Assembly: GCA_963767005.1 (NCBI GenBank)
Contig: CAVYCN010000019.1
Location: 63,611-95,610, forward strand
Direction: 5' to 3'
Length of the DNA stretch: 32,000 nucleotides
DNA from: an uncultured Actinomycetes bacterium
Lineage (GTDB): Bacteria > Actinomycetota > Thermoleophilia > UBA2241
Below, piece after piece: positions 9,466 through 18,649 of the stretch. How positions within the stretch are numbered: position 1 is the first letter of the stretch; each line of letters starts with the position of its first letter. The translations under genes were made by a program, and so were the position numbers. The notes beneath the pieces are model-generated. The model was given only the letters and a program-made list of their open reading frames with translations, had not been told where the DNA came from and did not search any database.

Positions 9466-10493
9466 GGCCTCTCCTTCGGGTCGTCGATCGCGGTCGACCG
9501 GTCGTCGTGCGCCGCCCGGCCGTCGCCGGTGAGCTCGAGAAAGGCCTGCTCGAGACCGGCGCCGACGATCTCGATGTCGCGGGCGGCCGGCCAGCGTACG
9601 AGCAGCGCGCGGATGGCGGCGTCGGAGTCGCTGCACGAAAGCGCGACGGCCGCGCCGTGCCGCTCGACGGCGGCGACGCCGGGCAGCTCGCCGAGGGCGG
9701 CGTCGCCGGCTTCGGGCAGCGTGGCCTTGATGACCTTGCGACCGACCCGCGCCTTGATCTCGGTCGCCGGACCGTCGGCCACCACGCGGCCGGCCGACAT
9801 GAGCACCACGCGGTCGGCGTAGGCGTCGGCTTCGTCCAGATAGTGCGTCGCGAACAGCACGGTGGTGCCGGCGGCGGCGGCCGCCCTGATCGTCGTCCAG
9901 AAGGCGTGGCGCGACTCGACGTCCATGCCCACGGTGGGTTCGTCGAGCACGAGCAGCCCGGCGCCGCTCACGAGGGCGGCCGCGAAACGCGTGCGCTGCC
10001 GCTCGCCGCCCGAGAGCTTCTGCGTGCGCTGTCCGGCGAGCGCGGTCAGGCCGGTCGTCTCGAGCACCTGGTCGACGCCGAGCGCCGCCGGGTAGAGGGC
10101 GGCCGCAAGCTGTACGAACTCGCGCACCGACAGGTCGCGGATCAGCTCGCCGGTCTGCAGCATGGCCGCCACACGACCGCCGGCGACGGCCTCGACCGGG
10201 CTGCCGCCGAAGAGGGTGACGGCGCCGGCGTCGGGCCGGCCCAAGCCGAGCAGCAGGTCGATCGTCGTCGACTTGCCGGCGCCGTTCGGGCCGAGGAGCG
10301 CCACGGTCTCGCCGCGCTCGATCAACAGGTCGACGCCGCGCACCGCGCGGATGGCGCCCTGCGGCGTGGCGAAGGTCTTCTCGAGTCCGCGGGCGACGAC
10401 GCCGGCGGCCCGCGGCGCGAACGACACCCCGCGGAGGGCACCGACCGCCGGTCTCTCGCGGTCGCTCACTGCCATCGGCGCTTTGCGTTCCAT
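9462..10493 (-). CDS. ABC transporter ATP-binding protein (DrrA/ABC-2 exporter type)
   Basis: I trimmed the ORF to the ATG at 10493, which is preceded by GAAGGGAGAG. Motifs: Walker A 'GPNGAGKST', signature 'LSGGERQR', Walker B 'LLVLDEPTVGMD'. Confidence 0.9.
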   Translation of the reverse strand: MERKAPMAVSDRERPAVGALRGVSFAPRAAGVVARGLEKTFATPQGAIRAVRGVDLLIERGETVALLGPNGAGKSTTIDLLLGLGRPDAGAVTLFGGSPVEAVAGGRVAAMLQTGELIRDLSVREFVQLAAALYPAALGVDQVLETTGLTALAGQRTQKLSGGERQRTRFAAALVSGAGLLVLDEPTVGMDVESRHAFWTTIRAAAAAGTTVLFATHYLDEADAYADRVVLMSAGRVVADGPATEIKARVGRKVIKATLPEAGDAALGELPGVAAVERHGAAVALSCSDSDAAIRALLVRWPAARDIEIVGAGLEQAFLELTGDGRAAHDDRSTAIDDPKERP

Positions 10494-10632
10494 CGCTCTC
10501 CCTTCGCGCGACCCAGGTGGGCCGCGATTCGATCGCCTGCTGCCCCCCGCCGCGCGATCCGCGCGGAGGCAGTCCGGCAGGGAGTCTAGGATCGGCGGTG
10601 AGCGGGCTGTAGTGCCGGCCGTCACCGGTCGC

Positions 10633-10650
10633 GCGTGACGTTTGTCACGC
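10633..10650. promoter_or_regulatory. Perfect palindrome GCGTGAC-GTTT-GTCACGC upstream of the ABC/two-component operon
   Basis: It has 7-bp arms and a 4-nt centre, and shares the exact 10-mer GACGTTTGTC with the two repeats at 21947..22013. It overlaps the stop codon of the fused synthase gene and lies about 140 nt upstream of the ABC ATPase start. Confidence 0.45.
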
Positions 10651-12585
10651 CGGTGGTCCCGATCGACCCCACCCTGACTGAAGGAAGTTGGCAAGGAGAT
10701 CGAGACCGGCCGGACTCAGCATGCTCTCCGGGTGGAACTGCACGCCCCAGGCGGGCAGCGCGGCGTGCGCGATCGCCATCACGAGGCCGTCGTCGGTCCA
10801 GGCGGTACGGCGCAGCTCGGCGGGCAGGTCGCACACGTGGAGCGAGTGGTAGCGCGTGAACGGAGCGGGTTCGGGCAGGCCGCGGAAGAGACCTTCGCCG
10901 CCGTGGTGCACCTCGTGAGCCTCGCCGTGCACGGGGCGCTCGGCGCGCGCCAGGCGGGCGCCGAGCGCCACGCCGAGCGCCTGGTGACCCAGGCAGACGC
11001 CGAGCAGCGGCAGCCGCCGGGCGAGGCCAGTCTCGACCCAGGCGAGCAGGCGGCCGGAGCTCGCGGGGTCACCCGGCCCCGGCCCGAGCACAAGGTGCGT
11101 GGCGCGGGCCGGCAGGGCGTCGACCGGCTCGCTCACGTGGTCGACGGTGACGACCGTGGCGCCCAGCATGCGCAGGTAGTCGACGATCGTGTGGCTGAAC
11201 GAGTCGTGGCACTCGACGAACACGACCCGCGCCGGGACACGTAAGCGAGGTCGAGGCGGCCGCCACGAGTGGTCGCGCACCGGCGCCGCCGGCGCGCGAC
11301 CCGAACGGCCGCCGCCCAGCACGTGGAGCAGCGCCTCGGCTTTGTGGCGAGTCTCGTCGTACTCGCTCGCCGGGTCACTGCCGATCACGGTGCCGCCGCC
11401 GGCCGAGATGTGGCCGCGGCCCTCGGCGACGGTCAGGCTGCGGATCAGGATGTTGAAGTCGCAGCGCCTCCCCGACACGTAGCCGAGCGAGCCGGTGTAG
11501 GCGCCCCTGGGCACCGGCTCGAGCCGCGCGATCTCGCGCATGACGCTCTCCTTTGGAGCGCCCGTGATGGTGCCGCCGGGGAAGATGGCGCGCACGAGTT
11601 CGGCGACCGACGCGTCTGAGCGCCCGCGCACCTCGCTCACCAGGTGCATGACGTGGCTGTAGCGCTCCACCGTGAAGGCCTCGCCGACCTCGACCGTGCC
11701 CGGCCGGCAGACCCGCGAGAGGTCGTTGCGCAGCAGGTCGACGAGCATGACGTGCTCGGCGAGCTCCTTGATCGAGCCGCGCAGCTCGGCCTCGAGGGCG
11801 GCGTCGGCGGTCACGGTCGCGCCGCGCGGCCGCGTACCGGCGATCGGCCGCGCGCTCAGCGTGTCCCGATGACGCTCGAAGAGCCGTTCGGGGCTGCCCG
11901 ACACGACGGCCCAGCCGGGTCCCTCGACGATGCCCATGAACGGGCTTGGGTTGGCCTCGCGCAGACGCGCGTAGTAGGCGAGCGGGTCCAGGTCGCCGGC
12001 CGCGAAGCTGAAGCGGTGGGAGAGGTTGACCTGGTAGACCCAGCCGGCACGGATACGCTCCTGCACGGCGAGGACGCCGGCGATGTAGGCGTCGCGAGCG
12101 TAGTCGCTCGTCACGGCGATCCGCGGCAGCGAAGACGGCAGGGGCGCGAGCGCAGCTCGAGACGCGGGCGTGGAGGCGACCCGCCCGGGCCGCATCCGTG
12201 CGCCGGCCGACTCGCGCCCGTCGCACCAAAGGCGACCGTCGTCGTACAGACAAAAGGCCGCCTCGGGCAGGCCGGGCAGGGGCGGGTTGGCCGGCAGGCC
12301 CAGGCGGCCGGCGAACTCGTAGCTCAGAAAGCCGATCCACACGGGGAAGTCGCGCCCGGGCCGCAACCCGCTCGCGAGTTCGTCGAGCAGGTCGGTCGCA
12401 GGCCCGATGCGCCGGCCGTCGCCGTAGAGGGAGCCGTCCCAGACCTCGAGCGTCCGGCGCGGCGCGACGCCGAGGAGGCTGCACCGCGAGAAGGGGGTCG
12501 GCGGCCCGAGCGACTCGAGCAGCGCGGGGCGCAGGCCGGCGGCGCGCGCCTGTGCGTAGGTGGTCGACGGGTCGGGCTGATCCAC
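10645..12585 (-). CDS. Fused chorismate-utilising synthase: component I (TrpE/PabB-like) at the N-terminus and glutamine amidotransferase component II (TrpG/PabA-like) at the C-terminus
   Basis: GTG start preceded by GAGGAAGGAG. The chorismate-binding domain shows 'GSPERLFE', 'RPIAGTRPRG' and 'GGGTVIGSDPASEYDETRHKAEALL'. The C-terminal class-I GATase shows 'LLGVCLGHQALG' and 'GVQFHPES'. I cannot tell anthranilate synthase from aminodeoxychorismate synthase by eye. Confidence 0.85.
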   Translation of the reverse strand: MDQPDPSTTYAQARAAGLRPALLESLGPPTPFSRCSLLGVAPRRTLEVWDGSLYGDGRRIGPATDLLDELASGLRPGRDFPVWIGFLSYEFAGRLGLPANPPLPGLPEAAFCLYDDGRLWCDGRESAGARMRPGRVASTPASRAALAPLPSSLPRIAVTSDYARDAYIAGVLAVQERIRAGWVYQVNLSHRFSFAAGDLDPLAYYARLREANPSPFMGIVEGPGWAVVSGSPERLFERHRDTLSARPIAGTRPRGATVTADAALEAELRGSIKELAEHVMLVDLLRNDLSRVCRPGTVEVGEAFTVERYSHVMHLVSEVRGRSDASVAELVRAIFPGGTITGAPKESVMREIARLEPVPRGAYTGSLGYVSGRRCDFNILIRSLTVAEGRGHISAGGGTVIGSDPASEYDETRHKAEALLHVLGGGRSGRAPAAPVRDHSWRPPRPRLRVPARVVFVECHDSFSHTIVDYLRMLGATVVTVDHVSEPVDALPARATHLVLGPGPGDPASSGRLLAWVETGLARRLPLLGVCLGHQALGVALGARLARAERPVHGEAHEVHHGGEGLFRGLPEPAPFTRYHSLHVCDLPAELRRTAWTDDGLVMAIAHAALPAWGVQFHPESMLSPAGLDLLANFLQSGWGRSGPPA

Positions 12586-12802
12586 GGCCGCTCCTTCCTC
12601 GATCGCTGCGGGCGAAGACGAGGTAGGGTGGCCGGTGGCCTAGAGCTTGCCTCGGTTGAAGCGTCCGCCAGTGTAGCCCCTCGGAGCACCCGCGCGCCAG
12701 CTGGTTTGGACCAGGCCTGGTCGCGGTGACGCTGTCCGACATGGCGCGGCGCACCGGCCGAGGTCGCGCCCGTCGGCGCATGAGCGCAGGAGAGACCGGG
12801 CA

Positions 12803-13939
12803 GTGACGACGACAGTCGGGGTGCTCACCGAGGTCACGCCGGGAGAGCGGCGCGTCGCCCTCGTCCCGGCGGCGGTCGGGCGCGTCGCGGGGTTCGGCGC
12901 AACGGTCGTCGTACAGGCCGGCGCCGGCGCCGGCAGCTTCTTCGCGGACGAGGACTACCGCCAGGCGGGCGCCGCCGTGGTCGCGGACCCCGCGGCGCTG
13001 CTCTCGGGCGCCGCCGTGGTCGCCAAGGTGCGGCCCCCCAACGTCGCCGAGGTCGCTCTCCTGCGCCCCGGCCAGATCGTGCTCGGGCTGCTGGATCCGG
13101 CCCGCGACCCGGGCCGCGTCGCGACCCTCGCCGGCGCCGGCGTCACGAGCTTCGCCCTCGAGCTGCTGCCGCGCATCACGCGCGCCCAATCGATGGACGC
13201 GCTCACCTCGCAGGCGGCGGTGGCCGGCTATCGTGCCGTCCTGCTGGCCGCCACGGCCCTGCCGCGCTTCTTCCCCATGCTCACGACGCCGGCCGGCACC
13301 ATCCGGCCGGCCCGGGTGCTCGTCCTGGGCGCCGGCGTGGCCGGCCTGCAGGCGATCGCCACGGCACGGCGCCTGGGAGCGACCGTCGAGGCCTACGACG
13401 TGCGGCCCGCCGCGCGGGAGCAGGTTGAGTCGCTCGGAGCGCGCTTCGTGGCCCTCGACGTCGACGCCTCCGCCGCGGGCGGCTACGCGCGCGAGCTCAC
13501 CGCCGCGGAGCGCGAGCAGCAGGAGGCCCTGGTCGCCGACCACGTGAGCGCGAGCGACGCCGTGATCACGACCGCCGCCGTGCCGGGCCGTCGCGCGCCG
13601 CTGCTCGTGACGGCCGCCATGGTCGCCCGCATGCGGCCCGGCGCGGTCGTCGTCGATCTGGCCGCCGAGGGCGGCGGCAACTGCGAGCTGACGCGGCCCG
13701 GCGAGACGGTCGAGCGCGACGGCGTGACCGTGCTCGGGCCGCTCGACGTAGCGAGCCTGCTGCCGGTCAACGCGAGCGAGACCTACGCGCGCAACGTCGC
13801 CGACTTCCTCGCGCTGCTCGTCCACGACGGCGAGCTCTCCCCGGCCTGGGACGACGAGATCGTCGCCGCGAGCCTGCTCACGCGCGACGGACAGGTGGTG
13901 CACGAGGCGACGCGGGCGCTCGTCGAGGCGGCCTCGTGA
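12803..13939 (+). CDS. pntAA: NAD(P) transhydrogenase subunit alpha part 1 (PntAA)
   Basis: GTG start preceded by AGGAGAG. The protein has an alanine-dehydrogenase/PNT fold with 'VLVLGAGVAGLQAIATARRLGA'. It is followed by coupled pntAB and pntB. Confidence 0.9.
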   Translation: MTTTVGVLTEVTPGERRVALVPAAVGRVAGFGATVVVQAGAGAGSFFADEDYRQAGAAVVADPAALLSGAAVVAKVRPPNVAEVALLRPGQIVLGLLDPARDPGRVATLAGAGVTSFALELLPRITRAQSMDALTSQAAVAGYRAVLLAATALPRFFPMLTTPAGTIRPARVLVLGAGVAGLQAIATARRLGATVEAYDVRPAAREQVESLGARFVALDVDASAAGGYARELTAAEREQQEALVADHVSASDAVITTAAVPGRRAPLLVTAAMVARMRPGAVVVDLAAEGGGNCELTRPGETVERDGVTVLGPLDVASLLPVNASETYARNVADFLALLVHDGELSPAWDDEIVAASLLTRDGQVVHEATRALVEAAS

Positions 13940-14345
13940 GCGGCTGGTCCGCCCTGTACATCTTCTTGCTCGCGGCCGTGACCGGCTACGTCGTGATCGG
14001 CGCCGTGCCGGTCATCCTGCACACGCCGCTCATGTCGGGCGCCAACTTCGTGCACGGCATCGTGCTGGTCGGCGCGATGGTCACGCTCGGCCTCGCACGC
14101 ACGCCGCTCGAGGTGGGGATCGGCATCGTCGCCGTGCTGCTCGCCACTCTGAACGTGCACGGCGGCTTCGTCGTGACGGTGCGCATGCTCGCCATGTTCA
14201 AGAGCAGCGGTGAGCGCGCCGGCGCGGATGGGGGCGGCGCCGGGCAGTCGTCCGCCTCGCCGGCCGGCGAGGCGGACGCCGGCGCCGCCGCCCGCAGCGC
14301 GGGCGCCGACGGCGGCGCCCGCAACGCCGGCGCCGGACGGTCCTG

Positions 14346-14346
<1 letters not shown>
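13936..14346 (+). CDS. pntAB: NAD(P) transhydrogenase subunit alpha part 2 (PntAB), with a Gly/Ala-rich C-terminal tail
   Basis: The start overlaps the pntAA stop (GTGA). The first ~90 aa are a small 3-4 TM protein ('LMSGANFVHGIVLVGAM...LNVHGGFVVTVRMLAMF'). A ~45-aa low-complexity tail follows. Confidence 0.85.
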
Positions 14347-15752
<1,406 letters not shown>

Positions 15753-15813
15753 CCGGCTGACGGAGGGCTCGAGAGGGAGCACGCACGCGGCGAGCCGCTG
15801 CGGACGCGACGCC

Positions 15814-15833
15814 GGCGAGCGCTACCGCTCGCC
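15814..15833. terminator. Putative bidirectional stem-loop between convergent pntB and feoB
   Basis: GGCGAGCG-ctac-CGCTCGCC forms a perfect 8-bp stem with a 4-nt loop. There is no U-tract, which is common in high-GC genomes. Confidence 0.35.
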
Positions 15834-15845
15834 GTCGCCCGCGCG

Positions 15846-17807
15846 TCAGACGAGCGGCAGCAGGTGCGCCATGGCGCCGCCGACCAGCAGGGCGGTGACC
15901 ACGGTGCCGGCGCTGATCGCACCCGCCCGCCGCCAGCCGAGCTCGCGGCCCAGCATGGCGATCGTCGCCACGCAGGGCACGAAGATGGCGGCCACGAGAG
16001 CGTAGACGACGATCTGGTGGGGCGTCATGAAGGTGCGCAGGTTGTGCGCCCCGGCGCCGTAGCGCGCCACGGCGAAGACGACGAGCATCTGCAGGGCGAG
16101 CTCCTTGCGCAGGACGCCGAGCAGCAGGGTCAGTCCGGCCACGGCGGGCAGCCCGAGCCAGCCGACGACCAGTGGCGACAGCGGCCGCTCGAGGTGCCAG
16201 ATGAGTCCGGTCTCGTAGAGCGCCCCCAGGGTGAAGCTGCCGATCAGCATGATGGGGGCCGCGGCCCAGAGGAACTGAGCGAAGCGCTTCCAGGTCTTGA
16301 CCACGACCAGGCCAAGCGAAGGCCGGCGGAAGGGGAACATCTCCATGACGAGACCCTCGGGCTCACCCGGCAGGATGCGGTTGAGCAGCACGCCGGCGGT
16401 CAGGCCGACGAGGCCGAGGACGCCGAACACGAGCAGCGCCCACTGCCAGCCCACGAACAGCGACACCGAGCCGAGGATCACGGCGGTGCGCGCGCTGCAG
16501 GGCACGAGCACGACCAGGGCGCAGGCGATCGTGCGCTCACGCTTGGTGGCGAGCACCCTGGTCCCCATGATCGCCGGCACGTTGCAGCCGGCCGCCGCCA
16601 TCAACGGGATCACGGCGCGACCGTGCAGGCCGAAGGCGTGCATGAGGCGGTCGGCGAGAAAGGCGGCTGCGTTCATGTAGCCCGAGTCCTCGAGCAGGGC
16701 GAGCACGAAGTAGAAGGTCAGGATGTAGGGGATGCCGACGGCGAGCGCGGCGAGGATGCCGCCGTCGAGCCCCCAGAGCAACGTGCCGGCCAGGGCGCCG
16801 TGACCCACGAGGTCGTGCACGGCGGCGGCGAGCACCGGCGAGGCGGTCGCCGTCCAGGCCGCCGTCAGCAGGTTCGACAGCCAGCCACCGACGAGGAACA
16901 GAAAGGCGAAGACGGCGGCGAGCACGCCGAGCAGGATCGGCACGCCCGTGAGCGGCGCCGTCGTGGCGCGCCACCAGCGGTCGGCGGCCGGCGCGCTCGG
17001 GCGACCCTCGGTGCAGGCCTCGGCGACGGCGGCCGCGGCGGCGTGTCGCGCCGCGGCGATGGTGACGGCGAGCTCGGCCGGCGGCGCCTCGCGCGGCGCC
17101 AGGGCCGCCGTGACCTCACGGTCGCCTTCGAGCACGGCGAGCGCCACGGCGCGCGGGGGCAGGCCCTCGGCGAGGTCGTCGACGCTGAACGAAGCCTCGA
17201 GCTCGGCGAGGCGTTCCTCGACGGCCGGCGCGTAGCGCACGGGGCGGCCGTGACCGGCGCCGTCGCCGTCGGCGGCCACGGCGACGGCCGCGTCCGTGAG
17301 CTCGTGCAGCCCCTCGCCGCGCCGCGCCACGATCGGCACGACCGGCAGGTCGAGCGCCCGCGACAGCGCCTGCGAGTCGATGAGCAAGGACTGTCGGCGC
17401 GCCTCGTCGATCAGGTTCAGGGCGATCACGACGCGCGGACCGAGGTCGACGAGCTGCAGGACAAGGTAGAGATTGCGCGCCAGGTTTGTCGCATCGACGA
17501 CGGCGATGACCACGTCGGGCCGCCAGTCGAGGAGGCCGTGGCGCGCGACCCACTGATCCTCGGAGACCGGGTCGAGCCCGTACGTGCCCGGCAGGTCGAC
17601 GAGTTGCACCTCGCGGCCGGACCAGCACGCGTCGGCGATGTTCAGGCCGACCGTCATGCCGGGGTAGTTGGCGGTCTCGACGGCCGCGCCGGTGAGGCGG
17701 TTGAAGAGGGTCGACTTGCCGACGTTGGGGTTGCCGGCCAGGGCGACGACCAAGGCGCTCGTCGAGCGCCGCTCGGTGGCGAGGTCGGTGCAGCAGGCGG
17801 TCGCCAC
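15846..17807 (-). CDS. feoB: Ferrous iron transporter FeoB
   Basis: N-terminal G-domain 'LAGNPNVGKSTLFNRLTG' and 'DLPGTY', followed by a large polytopic membrane domain. The GTG start lies 7 nt after the stop codon of the upstream repressor gene. Confidence 0.9.
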   Translation of the reverse strand: MATACCTDLATERRSTSALVVALAGNPNVGKSTLFNRLTGAAVETANYPGMTVGLNIADACWSGREVQLVDLPGTYGLDPVSEDQWVARHGLLDWRPDVVIAVVDATNLARNLYLVLQLVDLGPRVVIALNLIDEARRQSLLIDSQALSRALDLPVVPIVARRGEGLHELTDAAVAVAADGDGAGHGRPVRYAPAVEERLAELEASFSVDDLAEGLPPRAVALAVLEGDREVTAALAPREAPPAELAVTIAAARHAAAAAVAEACTEGRPSAPAADRWWRATTAPLTGVPILLGVLAAVFAFLFLVGGWLSNLLTAAWTATASPVLAAAVHDLVGHGALAGTLLWGLDGGILAALAVGIPYILTFYFVLALLEDSGYMNAAAFLADRLMHAFGLHGRAVIPLMAAAGCNVPAIMGTRVLATKRERTIACALVVLVPCSARTAVILGSVSLFVGWQWALLVFGVLGLVGLTAGVLLNRILPGEPEGLVMEMFPFRRPSLGLVVVKTWKRFAQFLWAAAPIMLIGSFTLGALYETGLIWHLERPLSPLVVGWLGLPAVAGLTLLLGVLRKELALQMLVVFAVARYGAGAHNLRTFMTPHQIVVYALVAAIFVPCVATIAMLGRELGWRRAGAISAGTVVTALLVGGAMAHLLPLV

Positions 17808-17814
17808 GGCGCCC

Positions 17815-18471
17815 TTAGGGCCGCACGAAGATCTTGCCGGCGACCTCGCGGCCGAGGGCGTAGCGCGCCCGGCCGACGCGCACGAGCAGCGGCCCGCCGA
17901 ACGGTGCGACGTCTTCGACGGCCACGGCCGTCTGCGGCAGCAGGCCGAGCGACGAGAGGTAGCGCAGCAGGTCGGGCTGCTCGTCGGACACGTACGAGAT
18001 GGTGCTGCGCTGGCCGGCCGCGAGCTCGGCGAGCGGCCGCGCCTCGTCGACCACGAGCTCGCCGTCGGGCGAGGGGATGGCGCGCCCGTGGGGACAGGTC
18101 TGGGGGTTGCCGAGCTGCGCGGCGAGGCGCTGCTCGACTTCGTCGGACAGCACGTGCTCGAGCTTGCAGGCCTCGTCGTGGACCTGGTCCCAGGGGAGCG
18201 CGAGATAGTCGGTGAGGAAGCGCTCGCTCAGGCGGTGACGGCGCACGAGGCGCAGGGCCTCGCGGCGGCCCTGCTCGCTGAGCACGATGTGGCCGGCCGC
18301 GTGGCGCTCGATCAGGCCTTCGGTGGTGAGGCGGGCGACCATCTGCGAGACCGAGGGGGCCGCCAGACCGAGCTCGTCGGCCACGCGACCGACGGTCGCG
18401 CCGCCGGACTGCTCGGCGAGCTTGAAGATCGCCTCGAGGTACTCTTCGCGGCTCTCGCTCTTGACGGCCAT
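17815..18471 (-). CDS. DtxR/IdeR/MntR-family metal-dependent repressor with a C-terminal SH3-like (FeoA-type) domain
   Basis: Motifs: 'REEYLEAIFKL', 'VSQMVARLTTEGLI', 'HRLSERFLTDYL...VHDEACKLEHVLSDEV...CPHGRAIP'. The C-terminal ~75 aa resemble the SH3/FeoA fold. ATG start preceded by GAAGGGAGA. Confidence 0.85.
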   Translation of the reverse strand: MAVKSESREEYLEAIFKLAEQSGGATVGRVADELGLAAPSVSQMVARLTTEGLIERHAAGHIVLSEQGRREALRLVRRHRLSERFLTDYLALPWDQVHDEACKLEHVLSDEVEQRLAAQLGNPQTCPHGRAIPSPDGELVVDEARPLAELAAGQRSTISYVSDEQPDLLRYLSSLGLLPQTAVAVEDVAPFGGPLLVRVGRARYALGREVAGKIFVRP

Positions 18472-18494
18472 GCAGGTCTCCCTTCGCTCTGCGA

Positions 18495-18525
18495 TTAGGA
18501 TAGCCTACAGGCGTTGCTTCGGCAA
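18495..18525 (-). promoter_or_regulatory. Putative sigma-70-type promoter of the dtxR-like/feoB operon, overlapped by a partial DtxR/IdeR-type box
   Basis: On the minus strand the sequence reads TTGCCG (18525..18520), a 17-nt spacer, then TATCCT (18502..18497). The overlapping sequence cgcctgTAGGCTAtCCTAA (18513..18495) matches the IdeR/DtxR consensus TTAGGTTAGGCTAACCTAA at 12 of 19 positions. All six left-half positions are mismatches. Confidence 0.35.
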
Positions 18526-18543
18526 CGGCTACCGATTTCTTTA

Positions 18544-18649
18544 GTCCGACAAAATGGACTACGTTCGGCGCCGCTCAGGCGGGCGCGACTGCGTTGCGCG
18601 CCTGGTCCGACGAAAGGGACTACGTTTGGCGCCGCTCAGGCGGGCGCGA
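18544..18649. repeat. Tandem duplication (61-bp period) spanning the hutH stop codon and downstream hairpin
   Basis: Copy A (18544..18588) and copy B (18605..18649) are 45 nt long and differ at 3 positions: gtccgacRaaaKggactacgttYggcgccgctcaggcgggcgcga. Each copy contains a GCGCCGC-tcag-GCGGGCGC stem-loop. Copy B includes the hutH stop codon (18636..18638). Confidence 0.8.

Noticed and set aside
9466-9636. Long N-terminal extensions offered by the ORF track for several genes: the permease (to 9636), ABC ATPase (to 10694), pirin (to 24614), GGDEF protein (from 24512), propeller (from 26026), NadE (to 31636) and ArsC-like protein (to 23549).
   Set aside because: In each case an internal ATG or GTG with a GGAGG-type RBS coincides with the point where family-like sequence begins. 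The extensions are Arg/Pro-rich and overlap neighbouring genes.
12586-12802. Possible riboswitch or tRNA-like structure in the divergent intergenic region between the fused synthase and pntAA, with small palindromes CCAGCTGG, CTGGTttggACCAG and CCAGGCCTGG.
   Set aside because: There are only short local hairpins. I recognise no conserved riboswitch core or tRNA cloverleaf, and no Trp-codon leader peptide upstream of the synthase gene. This would need an Infernal/Rfam scan to rule out.
17484-17493. GGTTTGTCGC inside feoB, a 9-of-10 match to part of the palindromic motif.
   Set aside because: It lies within the conserved G-domain coding sequence and lacks the left arm (GAC), so it is most likely a chance partial match.
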